Source of the DNA: Squalus acanthias | Lineage: Eukaryota | NCBI GenBank assembly: GCA_030390025.1 | Contig: CM059441.1 | Location: forward strand, 46,376,001-46,440,000 | Direction of reading: 5' to 3' | DNA: 64,000 nt | Part shown: in pieces, positions 24,668 through 36,484 of the stretch | How the letters are laid out: each line of letters opens with the position of its first letter | Numbering within the stretch: the stretch's first letter is position 1 | Notes under the pieces: generated by a model | What the model saw: only the letters and a program-made list of their open reading frames with translations | The model's database searches: none | Told to the model about the DNA's origin: nothing | Translations under genes and position numbers: made by a program

Positions 24668-25563
24668 TTATAAAACCCAAATACTATTGGCCATTATGGT
24701 TTTATCTGTACTCGCACTTGCAGGGAATTAACTATTTGAACCCATGTCATTCATTCTTTTCAATGTCTGGAGAAATAAAGAATGTAAATTTTCAATTAAT
24801 GCCCTCATTTTGAGTAAGTTTTTAAAACTACTTGGCAGCATGATGCAGGTTTGATCCTGACCTACAGTCATGACCTTAGCTGCTTTACAATTGGAAGAGA
24901 AGGGAGAAAATGGCTGGTGCACACCAACCAGCAATCCATCAGAAGAGCAAAACTGGTAGGGGTCTGTAACGGTTACATTAGGGTAAAAATCAGATAGAAA
25001 CGAAGGGAGATTTCCATTCCAATATAATGGAGTGTAAAATTCACTTCACTCCTCCCCCCCACCCCCCTCCAAACAAGGATAAATTGCAATCCAGATGGCC
25101 AAATAGTGCTCTCCAGCCATATTACAGGGCGACGAACAAGTTAAAGCAGACATACTAATTCTGTAGTCTTTGGAAATGCAACAAAGTATGCAGGGACCAA
25201 TATCTATTGTATATGAAAACTGCTGAGTGGGTCACAACATTCCATTTCAAAATATATTGAAAAGTCCTGTCATACAGCTTCAGTGGGAAAACCCATTTAT
25301 TGAAGTATAACTTATTTGCACCACCCGTTACATCTGTAGATGGCATTATCATAGACGAGTTAAATTTCAAATCTGTCATGCAACACTAGGTTTAAAAACC
25401 AAAATCAGAAGTTGACATTGTAAAGAAATTACTGGAGTCATCCTGCAGCTTCATACCATGGCCACATGGTGGCTCTGCACCAGCTTCTCAATTCGAAGGG
25501 CTTATGTTGCGCCTGAGCTGCAAGGAGTCTCCTTGGCCCCAAGGCAAGAGAATATTGCAATAG

Positions 25564-27214
25564 ATTGGTAATAATTTTTCAAAACTCCCTGGATTCCGCT
25601 AAGGTCCCGGCAGACTGGAAAACTGCTAATGTAACACCCTTATTTAAAAAGGGCAGTAGACAGAAGGCTGGTAACTATAGACCGGTTAGCCTAACATCTG
25701 TGGTAGGTAAAATTTTGGAGTCCATTATTAAGGAAACAGTAACAGGACATTTGGATAATCATAATTTAATAGGACAAAGTCAGCATGGTTTTACGAAGGG
25801 GAAGTCATGTTTGACAAATTTGCTGGAGTTCTTTGAGGAAGTAACATATAGAGTGGATAAAGGGGAACCAGTGGACGTAGTGTATTTAGACTTCCAAAAG
25901 GCATTTGACAAGGTGCCACACAAAAGATTATTGCTTAAGGTAAAAAATCACGGGATTGGGGGTAATATTCTGGCATGGATAGAGGATTGGCTATCTAACA
26001 GAAAGCAAAGAGTTGGGATAAATGGTTCATTCTCAGACTGGCAATCAGTAACTAGTGGTGTTCCACAGGGGTCAGTGCTGGGTCCCCAACTCTTTACAAT
26101 CTATATTAACGATTTGGAGGAAGGGACCAAGTGTAACATATCAAAATTTGCAGATGATACTAAGATGGGAGGGAAAGTAGTGAGTGAGGAGGACATAAAA
26201 AACCTGCAAGGGGACATAGACAGGCTAAGTAAGTGGGCAGAGATTTGGCAGATGGAATACAACACTGGAAAGTGTGAGGTGATGCACTTTGGCAGGAAAA
26301 ATCCTAGAGCAATTTATTATCTTAATGGCAAGAAACTGGAGAGTACTGAAGTGCAAAGGGATCTGGGGGTCCTGGTGCACGAAACTCAAAAGGTTAGTAT
26401 GCAGGTGCAGCAAGTGATTAAGGCGGCAAATGGAATGTTGGCTTTCATTGCTAGGGGGATAGAATATAAAAATAGGGAGGTATTGCTTCAGTTGTACAAG
26501 GTATTGGTGAGACCGCACCTGGAATACTGCATACAGTTTTGGTGTCCTTACTTAAGGAAAGACATCCTTGCTCTCGAGGCAGTGCAAAAAAGGTTCACTC
26601 GGTTAATCCCGGGGATGAGGGGGTGGTCATATGAGGAGAGGTTGGGTAGATTGGGACTCTACTCATTGGAGTTCAGAAGAATGAGAGGCGATCTTATTGA
26701 AACATATAAGATTGTGAAGGGGTTGGATCGGGTGGATGCGGGGAGGATGTTCCCGATGACGGGTGAGACGAGAACTAGGGGACATAGTCTTAGAATAAGG
26801 GGCTGCTCTTTCAAAACTGAGATGAGGAGGAACTACTTCACTCAGAGGGTGGTAGGTCCATGGAATATGCTGCCACAAAAAGCTGTAGAAGCTACAACAT
26901 TAATTAAATTTAAAACAGAAATAGACAGTTTCCTAGAAGTAAAGGGCATTAAGGGTTACGGGGAGCAGGCAGGAATTTGGACATGAGTCTAGGTTCGGAT
27001 CGGTCATGGCCCTGTGGGTAGTGGAGCGGGCCCAGGGACTGTGTAGCCTGATTCTGCTCCTATTTTGTGTGTGCAATTCTGTTAGATGCAGGAGATGGTT
27101 CTGTGATAGATAGTAGATTGGCGGTTAGGATCAGATCAGCCATGATCTTATTGAATGGCGGAGCAGGCTCGAGGGGCCGATTGGCCTACTCCTGCTCCTA
27201 TTTCTTATGTTCTT
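25564..27214 (+). mobile_element. Young 5'-truncated CR1 LINE with an uninterrupted RT frame to its stop (25565-26986) and long 3' UTR
   Basis: 473-aa ORF with all RT motifs (FADD); canonical tail cttatgttctta; possible TAGAT duplication at 25561-25565 and 27214-27218. Confidence 0.96.
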
Positions 27215-27774
27215 AGATGCCATTCAACGCCAACATCCCCCCCTCCCACCCACCGAAAACCTGAACGCCACCTGAAATTTTATTTCCCCCCACTCCCAGC
27301 CACCACAGGTTCTCATCGCCCCGTTTTTGCCACACTACCCAACCACTACCCAACTCGGCCGCCCGCCCTCTCCCCAACTGGCTGCTATTGGCCTTGGCTG
27401 CAGGCCCACTATGCACCTTGCCTTTTAACAAGAGCTGGCCATCACCCCCGTCCTCGTAGCCTTCCCCCCCAACCCCCACCATGAACCTCAGCAGCTTTAC
27501 TCCTCGGATACACTCCCACTCCACCGATTCCCCATACTGCCAAAAGAGCTCAGCCACTCGAAATCTCAACTGATTGGTGGCCTGCCAGTGTGCTAGCTAT
27601 CTTCTCAGGCTGCAAAACTCTGCGCGCAAGCCCCCCACCCCAACAGAAGGTCTTTCACCCTAACCCGGCTATTTTCATGCGCTAGCCCCCTTCTTCCAAA
27701 GAATGTTCCAGGACACCCCGCCATAATGAAGTGTCTTGAGCTTCATTTCTCTCCAATCCTATGGGCTTTCTGGG

Positions 27775-27930
27775 TACAGGGGTGCAGTCTTTCGTATGAG
27801 ACATTAAGCAGAGACCCCATCGACCCCGTTAAGAGGACGTAAAAGATCCTAATGCACTATCAAAGGGCAGGAGAGCTCTTTCGGTGTCCTGCACAATAGT
27901 TATCCCTCCCCTCAACCATCACTAAAAATA
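27775..27930 (+). mobile_element. DeuSINE internal fragment
   Basis: gtctttcgtatgagacattaa...ggacgtaaaagatcc...ggtgtcctg matches 45950-46080. Confidence 0.7.
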
Positions 27931-28487
27931 GGGTCTGTTGTAAAATAATTGAGAGCTCGACTGCCATAATTAGTAAACAATCTCATTATTGTTGGGTTTT
28001 TTCATCTAGCAATTCCCATGATCCTGTGGTTCTCAGTCACCCCCCTCCCCACCTCCTACTTTTCCCTTCCACTTTCCCTACCTTAGTCCAGATATCCCTC
28101 AGCCCTCTAACCACCCTTGAATTGAATACTGCACTTAGGCTTGACTTCCCATGTGCAATGCCACAGGAGATGGGCTAGTATTTTTCTATTAATGAAGAAA
28201 TCAAAATTAAGTACATTAGAGAGGCAAGAGTTACTACCATCATGTGGTTACTATAACCTACAGCATACACATTCTACAATCAAGTACCGCAATAAGAGGC
28301 ACTGCCAAATCTTCAGAAGTATTTAGCTACAATAGAAACCCGAATTGTGTACCACCACTACATTTTGGGCTGGTTGCAGTTCAAAATGTAATAATGGCTT
28401 TAATAATTTAATAGAGATGGTCATTTTACCTTCAGTAGCAATTGAAAAATTGTACTGTAAGACTAAGAATCATATACACAAGTTTAC

Positions 28488-28595
28488 CTTATCACCAAGC
28501 TGTGGAATTGCACACCCTTCCAGGTCTTTTATATGGTATGGTACGGTCATTCTTATCCCAGCTTCCTCATATGCAATGATTCCCTCTTCTGCATC
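28488..28595 (-). CDS. CSDE1: CSDE1 coding exon, 108 nt, DAEEGIIAYEEAGIRMTVPYHIKDLEGCAIPQLGDK
   Basis: ctttag|GAT ... AAG|gtaaac; homologous to human EAEDGIIAYDDCG...PQIGDK. Confidence 0.95.
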
Positions 28596-29005
28596 CTAAA
28601 GAGCGACAAAACGGGACAAGTTCAGCAACAGTGGAAGCCACTCCGACACAACCCTACATGTTAACTGGACCAGAGTTGGCAAAATTGTCTTCATTGTGGG
28701 ATTCTCTGGTTCCTAAAAAAAATTCAACTATGTTAATCAAAAGTGATGTGTAACAAAAATCCACATGCATATATTTTTAATTCAAAGTTATTAAACTAAC
28801 ATGCAAAGTTTTTTCCAATCAATTTCAAACATGTCACCATTTAAAAAAAAATACAAATTCTGTAAAGAACATTCCCCCTCCAAAACAATACTTCCCAATA
28901 TTGAATACATTTTGTCTTGTTGAAAACATTACCATATTGTAAGTGGTGCTCACTTACAATTTCTCCAGTAATAGGTGAATAGCATATATACATTTAAGGG
29001 GAAAT

Positions 29006-29169
29006 TAGGTAAGTATGAGGGAGAAACGAAGAGGGATATGCTGATAGGGTTAGATGAAGTAGGGTGGGAGGAGAAATAACAGGAAAACTAGGTAAGTATG
29101 AGGGAGAAACGAAGAGGGATATGCTGATAGGGTTAGATGAAGTAGGGTGGGAGGAGAAATAACAGGAAA
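29006..29169. repeat. 83-bp tandem duplication spanning a CR1 3' fragment and the edge of a PLE-derived insert
   Basis: taggtaagtatg...aacaggaaa starts at 29006 and again at 29089. Confidence 0.9.
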
Positions 29170-29246
29170 TGCTGGAAACCACACAGCAGGTCCAGCATTT
29201 TCTGTTATTTCAGATTTCCAGCATCCACGGTATTTTGCTATTGTAT
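29157..29246. mobile_element. Penelope-derived fold-back insert, 14-bp TSD
   Basis: TAGGGTGGGAGGAG at 29143-29156 and 29247-29260; ~20-bp inverted repeat; same family as 29982-30110. Confidence 0.75.
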
Positions 29247-29409
29247 TAGGGTGGGAGGAGGCTTGTGTGGAGCATAAACACTGACATAGACCAATTGGGA
29301 TGAATGGCATGTTTCTGCACTGTAAATTCTATGCAGTCAAGTGTTGAACACGCAGTGATTTTACCATCACAAGATTACACGTGGAAGGTCATTTGACCTA
29401 ATATTAGCT

Positions 29410-29812
29410 AATTCATCCGAAACAGGCTCGAGGGGCTGAATGGCCGCCTCCTGTTCCTATATTTAGATAGAGTAGAGTAAATAAAGAGAAATCGTTTCCA
29501 ATGGCTGAAGGGTCGATAACCAGAGGGCAGAGATTTAAAGGCGATCGGCAAAAGAACCAGAGGCGACATGAGGAAAAACTTTATGCAACAAGTGGTTCGG
29601 ATTTGGAATGCACTGCCTGAGGGTGGTGGATACAAATTCAATAGTAGCCTTCAAAACAGAATTGGATAAAAATACTTGAAGGAGAAAGAATTGCAGGGAT
29701 ATGGGGAAAGAGCAGGCGAGTGGGACTAACTGGATTGCTCTTCGAAAGAGCCGGCGCAGACTCAATGGGCATGGCCTCCTTCTGTGCTGTACTATTCTAT
29801 AATCTATGATTC
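29410..29812 (+). mobile_element. CR1 3'-end fragments (two subfamilies, adjacent)
   Basis: caggctcgaggggctgaatggcc.. followed by a 3' end matching 15250-15563. Confidence 0.85.
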
Positions 29813-29981
29813 GATGTTCCATCCAGAAAGATCTACACTGCAGAATCTAACTTTCTTAAAGGATTTTCGACTTCACTACTCAATCTGAAAGTCAATTCCA
29901 TGTGTTGATTATTGTGTGAACAACTTTGATACTATTATAAAATTTGCCTTTTATTTTTGAATCCTACTTGGTTTTGGTGTC

Positions 29982-30110
29982 TGGTCTGACGAAAGGTCAT
30001 CAACCTGAAATGTTAACTGTGCTTCTCTCTGCTGCCTAACCTACGGGGTATTTCCAGCATTTTCTGTTTCTATTTCAGATTTCCAGCATCCGCAGTATTT
30101 TGAGTCTGTA
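29982..30110 (+). mobile_element. Penelope-derived insert with degenerate hammerhead core, 14-bp TSD
   Basis: TTGGTTTTGGTGTC (29968-29981) / TTGGTTTAGGTGTC (30111-30124); CTGACGA-A-AGGT(catca)ACCT-GAAA. Confidence 0.72.
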
Positions 30111-30705
30111 TTGGTTTAGGTGTCCGCTGTCTCACCTCTCTTTTTATTCAGAAAATGTTTCCAGTTATTTGTGAAGGCAGTATAGTTGTTTTAATACCAG
30201 GATGCTAGTACTCATTTATATCCACAACTTTCCTGGTGAACTCTTGATTTCCAAAAAACAGGAGTATATCCGAGAACATTACTTTGTATCCCTATTGTTG
30301 AGTTGAGGAAATCCTCATTTATGTCACATTTCATGCCCCTGTATTTTCTCCCTATTCTGTTTACTGCTATATATCCCTTTCAGTATTCCATGTAAACGTT
30401 CAATATTGTCTCACTCCAGGTAGGCAGATCAACATCCCAAGACATTTTCTTTACGACACACATTGCTATCCACTTTCCTGAGCAAAGAATCCTCATTAAC
30501 TACAATCTCTGACCTACAGACCTCATAGCCCAGGATGTCCGCTCTGGTTTTCCAACTACCATTTCTTCAGAAACCTTATTGAACATCTGCAATGCTGGAG
30601 TGTGCCTAGTAATGTTATTGTAATCTTTTGTAGTTAACACAGGTTTACTTGCTTCTTTTGCCAGCCTTAATCCATCCAATTCTACCCCCATTTCCTTGGC
30701 TTCTT

Positions 30706-31138
30706 GGTGTCAGCCATGGCTCAGTAGGTAGCACTCTTGCTTCTCAGTCAGAAGGTTGTGGGTTCAAGTTCCACTCGAGACTTTAGCACAAAAATCTAGG
30801 CCAACACTCCAGTACAGCGCTGAGGGAATGCTGCACTGTCAGAGGCGCCATCTTTTGAATGAGACATTAAACAGAGGCCTCGTCTGCTCTCAGATGGATG
30901 TACAAGATCCCATGGCACTATTTCGAAGAGAAGGGGAGTTCTCCAGCAGTGTCCTGGCCAATATATACCCCTCAACCAACACCGAAAACAGATTATCTGG
31001 TCATCATCATATTGCTGTTTGTGGAAGCTTGCTGTGCACATTTCCTACATTACAACACTTGAAAAGTATTTCATTGGCTGTAAAGCACTTTGGGACATCC
31101 TGAGTTTGTGAAAGGTATGATAGAAATGCAAGTCTTTC
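30706..31138 (+). mobile_element. Full-length tRNA-derived Deu-domain SINE (SacSINE1-like)
   Basis: A box tggctcagtagg, B box ggttcaagttc, central aagatcccatggcactattt..gtgtcctggccaa domain, L2-like tail. Confidence 0.88.
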
Positions 31139-32009
31139 AGCCCTTCTCTCTGTATCCTGACCACTCTATCCCTGGTTGTAATGGTTTCTACCTCCATCCC
31201 CTGATGGCTCACGCTCAAGGTCTCACATTAGTCCAATCATTTCAGCGACCTGGTGACTGATTTACCGAGTCTGTTATTAATAATCCCCTCACTTTTGTCT
31301 ACTCTTGTAACTTACAGCATTTTGCTCTCTGGGCAAAACCCTTCCTTTGAACTTACTGATTAGCAGACAGTTTTCTCATAAGTCTTCCATTATATCTGGC
31401 TTTCTTGTTCATAAACATTCCAAAATGTAAATAGACCATAGCCTCAATCTTAGACTAATGAGAGTGCTCCCCTTTTAGTCTCATTTCTCTTGTTTGACCT
31501 ATTTTATATTCACTTTTTCAGTCTTTTAGTTGATAACTTTGTTCTAAACGTTCCCTTTTAATTCACTTCCCTCAGGTATCCTTTTAATTTTGACTTGTCT
31601 GTTTAGCCGCTTTCGCCATCTATATCTCTGGTGTTTATCGTAGCTTTTCTCCACTCCTTGCCTTTCACATTAAATGCCATTTGGAAATACCTAATGCTAT
31701 TCATCCCTTTATTTGAAACTCACGCTCTTCAAGGCTTTGGGAAGGGGAACTCGCACTGTGAAATAATCTACTGTACAAAACTTCCATTTTATCTTTCCTT
31801 TTAAACTAATGTGGACATCATATTGTAACTGCATGGAATACTTTGGCAGTAGGCAAGGCATTCACAGTCAGCCAAAATTGAGCAAAACTGAAAAATGTCC
31901 CACTCTATACATTACAAATAGCATTTTAAGATGATTATCTTTAGAAAACGGTTATAAAACAGCTCGTCATAGGTATACATTACAGTTCTGTAATCAGCTG
32001 CTATTCTAT

Positions 32010-32672
32010 AACAGGAACATAGGTACAAGAGAAGGCCATTCAGTCCTCGAGCCCATTCAATGAGATCATAGCTAATCTGCATCTTAACTCCATCTACCTG
32101 CTTTGGTTCCGTAACCCTTAAAACCTTGCCTAACAATCTGTACCAAGAGTTTTCCAGTTTTCTACTACCCTGAAGAAGTGCTTCCTGACATCACCCCTGA
32201 ATGGCCTGGCTCTAATTTTAAGGTTATGCCCCCTTGTTCTGGACCCCCACCACCAGAGGAAATTGTTTCTCAACTCCTTTAATCATCTTAATCACCTCAA
32301 TTAGATCACCCCTTAATCTTTTATACGCAAGTCCTCATAATTTAACCCTTTTAGCCCCAGTATCAGTCTTGTGGATTTGCACTGCACCCCTTCCAAGGCC
32401 AATATATCCTTCCTGAGGTGCGGTGCCCAGAACCGAACGCAGTACTCTAAATGGGGTTTCACCAGAGCTTTATATGACTTACATAACTTCTACTCCTTGA
32501 TGTTCCAGTTTCCTTGAGATAAAGGCCAACATTCCATTAGCCTTACCTGTCCACTATCTTTCATTGACTTCTATACCTAGACCCCTAAATCTCTCTGCTC
32601 CACCACAGTTTCTAGCTTCACGCCATTTAGAAAATACTCTGATCAATCTTTCTTGGGTCTAAAGTGGATGAC
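32010..32672 (-). mobile_element. Decayed CR1 LINE 3' part
   Basis: Homologous to 6039-6830. Confidence 0.85.
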
Positions 32673-35600
32673 TATCGAGTCCCTGCTTTTGATAAACTTG
32701 TAATGCCACAGTTGTGCATGCACATGTCTTCATATCTGGAGTCAAATTTAATGTATTGCACCATGCACTATACCACATTGCTTTTAACTCAAAAGGAATT
32801 AGGACACATTCAAATCTTGATCACACTACACAATCTTAAAACATATTTGCACTATTAGACATCCAACAAGTAGAGAAAGTACTCAATACTTCTGACTGAA
32901 ATGCAAGTATTCTACATCTCTGCTACCCTGCACTTCATGCTATTAGTGAATCACAAAACGTGCACTCCATTATTTCAGAGCAAATCTTTAGTAATTACAT
33001 GAACAGAGGCAGATACTAAATTTTAACCATCTAGCAATACTGAATTTGCTGCTCGCTATTAATGATACCATATACAGGCTGAGACACCCCACATTATCCT
33101 CAAGAAACATGAAACAACTGAAAGGTACTGCCACCACAGTAAACTAAATTCACGCAAGGCACACCTAAAGATGGAAATATATACCACTACTGCTAGATTT
33201 CACGTGGTGTACTTATTATGCAAGTAGGTCAGTACAAAACCCCCCTCCCCCCACCCCCCAAAGAAATTGATATATTACCAAGAGCTGCTGTATATAAACA
33301 CGACATAAATATACCCCAGAAAAAGTTCGGCATCTCAAGTTTAAATTTTGCCATTACAAGTTGCACATCTGGATGGCTCAATAATCCAAATGGAAATATC
33401 TAAATCAAGTTCCTGAATTCTAAGCACCTTACCTCAAATCTAGGTTTACCGTGCCTCATAGAAAGAGCACTTGTTAAATATAAAACAATCTTGCTAACTC
33501 CACTATCCCCAATACAGGAAAATAGGCAACACCTTCAAGAGGCGACTGGATTAACCAGATACTCAGCACTCAAGCTTTGATAAATTCCATCCATTTATAT
33601 AAAATTACAATGCCATTTCAAAAACAGCAAAGCAACAATGCGAAGGAAAACGAATACTGGGATCAGACCCGGCCAGCTGTTCGATTTAAGGCTCATAATT
33701 TACACTCATTTGCTTCTGCCCATTTAAAAGAAAATTTACATAGCATGTGCAGAATTGGAATCTTGAACAAGGTGATCCTGCAAGGAGCTAAGTTAGCGTG
33801 CATGTTGGAATGATAAGATCACTGAAGCATCCCTGGGTCAAATGGACCTCTACCGATGTCAGCTAGCTTTCTCAGTTTTAATTCAGACTGCCATATCTGC
33901 ACTGAAAAGACTGTAAAAGCCACTCAAACTGGCAAACTGCAGGACAGTCTGTGAGCAGCTTCACAGCAGTACCACACGTTGGCATCCTGTCTCAGGCATG
34001 GAAGCCAATTCAGAAGAAAGCACAAAAATGTTACTACTGGCCCAGCTCAAACAACAGATGGGATATTAACTTTTAACTTTGGCCTTGTGTTATCCAAGTC
34101 CACGTAGAGAGAACATAGCTAGGAATTCTACTGCAAACCCAAGTAAAACAGAATTTATGACCACATTCACCTATGTCAGTTTTTTGTGCCTTTGAGGAAC
34201 ACAGCTTTTCTAGGCTCAATTTAATGCAACAAAATTATTCATCCTGGTGAAGAATGTGAATTAGGTGTTAAGCAGATCATTTGTCTCCAGTTTCACCTTG
34301 CACAAGACATTTATATGTTATGCAGAAATTATAAAGTTAAGGCATGTTTCTATAAAGTTCATTAAAGTAGTTAGGCAGAATGCAATCCACAAATATCACA
34401 ACATGCACTTAGGATAAACGAAATGAGAAACTCATTTGAGCCAATAAATAGTTCACAGCAAGGCCCTACAATTCATTATTTAGAAATCTGAAAATGCCCA
34501 TTCAATACTCAAGAATTTAGGGTTTTCGCAGGAGGATTCAATTAACTTCACTACAAATATTAAAATCAGTACCCCCGTCAAGCCATGCCAAAACCCTATT
34601 TGCCACTTACACCAAAGTAGCCAAAGCATCACAACCTAAACGTACTCAATCATGAAAAGCAGCATGCATTTTACTGATGCGACAAACAGGATTTGAAAGG
34701 ATTCCCATACCTTTTCTTTTTTCTGAACAAGCAAAGAGAACACAAGAATAATTTTAATAGAGCCAAAGTAGAAAGACTAGATGGAAAAGAAAAAAAAGGC
34801 ACCTTTTGAGGGCAAGCTCGCAGTTGGTAAAATACAGTCAAGAGATCCAATTCAAATATGCCAATACAGTGCACAATACACAAAAACAGCATTATATCCA
34901 CAAGATGTTAACCAATGACTATCTATCCAAGATGCTGGCCAAATGAATACCAGCCCATTTATCACATTCAGCACCTCCAGCTTTTGAACATCAGCTTATT
35001 TGCTACAGTGAGCACACAAAATTACTCTAAACTTGTACAGGAGTCACAACTGATTATAAAGTACCAGCTACGACCATATTGCCAACTTTTACCTTCAGCA
35101 TCAATTTCTTTTTTTTTTGGGGGGGGGGAGATTAGGAAACTTGCCTCTTATTGTAAAAAGATTCAGCATTCAAACTGGGTTACGGGAAAAGGACCAAGAC
35201 TTTTGCTCACTGAATTAATTTACATGGGTTTCAGGTGAACAAAATGCTTTTGATAAAAGCTAGCGCCCCCCCGCCCCCCCCCCACTTCATGTCCACAGCA
35301 CCTCAGAGCACACAAGATCCCTTGAAATTCCTTAAAAACTTGTCCGCTATCTTAAGAACCAATCTCTGAATTTAATTAAGCCACAAACTTAACAGAAATT
35401 TCAAGACCAAAATCTTTTTTCCAGAAGCTTAACTTTTTTCCCCTCCCCTGCACCCAAAAAAAATTCAGCTCCATGACTCCCTCCCCCAAGCCAATCAGTC
35501 CAAGGTACCCGGAGACAAGCTCGAGTGGCAAGAGAAAATCAATTGGCAGAATGGTACGGAAACAAGGTTTTGAGGGGAAAGGAAGACATTAAAAATGACA

Positions 35601-36393
35601 CTGATCACTCAAGTATTATGCCATGAGCTCCATAGCACCCCTCATTTCCTTCTCCCATCCCTAACTTCAATCTTCAGAAACACACATTTTCTTAGTCATA
35701 CATCTGAACAAAGAGGTTTGCAATGTTGATTTTCATCTGCACTCTCAGAAAAAGTAAATGCAGGGCAGCGTAATGTCATAGCACAGTAATGTACTCTAAA
35801 CTACACCAGGGAGTAGTAGACAGAAGGTTACAACCATGATTATTACATACACTCATTTCCAGTGTGGTGTTGAGCAGAGGCTAGGAGTTTTACCTATTGG
35901 GGATAATAATTGTTGGCAATCCCAGAGTATCCCTGTGCATCTCCCAGTGGCTTCTTAAGGCAGCAGTGATAGAGGTCTGCAAGAGGCCGTGTACACACAT
36001 TTCAGCGAGGGAATAATGAGGATGCAGCAAGAAAAATGTAAATAGTCGGAAGAGATGACAAAAAATTGGAAAGCCTGCAATCAGTTTTCATGGGCATCTA
36101 CATCACTAAGATCAATACTGTTCAGTCACCTCTGCTGCATCCCCCCTACACACTAAGCCAAATCTCTCAATTAGGTTCCCCCTGCCATAGTCCTGAACCC
36201 ATGCCTTTTGCCAGTTGTTGTATCGATGTACATGGAGGGATTTCTAGATTTATTATAAAACACACCAATGCATTTATTTTTAAAATAAGCAGAACACCGT
36301 AGTCTACTAAAGCACTCCACTTACTGCATACCAGTTTGCTCCAGTGATTTCCAATATCCCGATTTTGAAGACCGAACCAAATGATCAGAATCA

Positions 36394-36484
36394 TCTGACG
36401 AAGGGTCATCAACTTGAAACGGTAACTTTGTTTCTCTCCACAGATGCTACCTGACATGCTGAGTATTTCCAGCATTTTATGTTT
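36394..36484 (+). mobile_element. Penelope-derived insert with degenerate hammerhead core, 12-bp TSD
   Basis: TGATCAGAATCA at 36382-36393 and 36485-36496; CTGACGA-A-GGGT(catca)ACTT-GAAAC. Confidence 0.75.
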
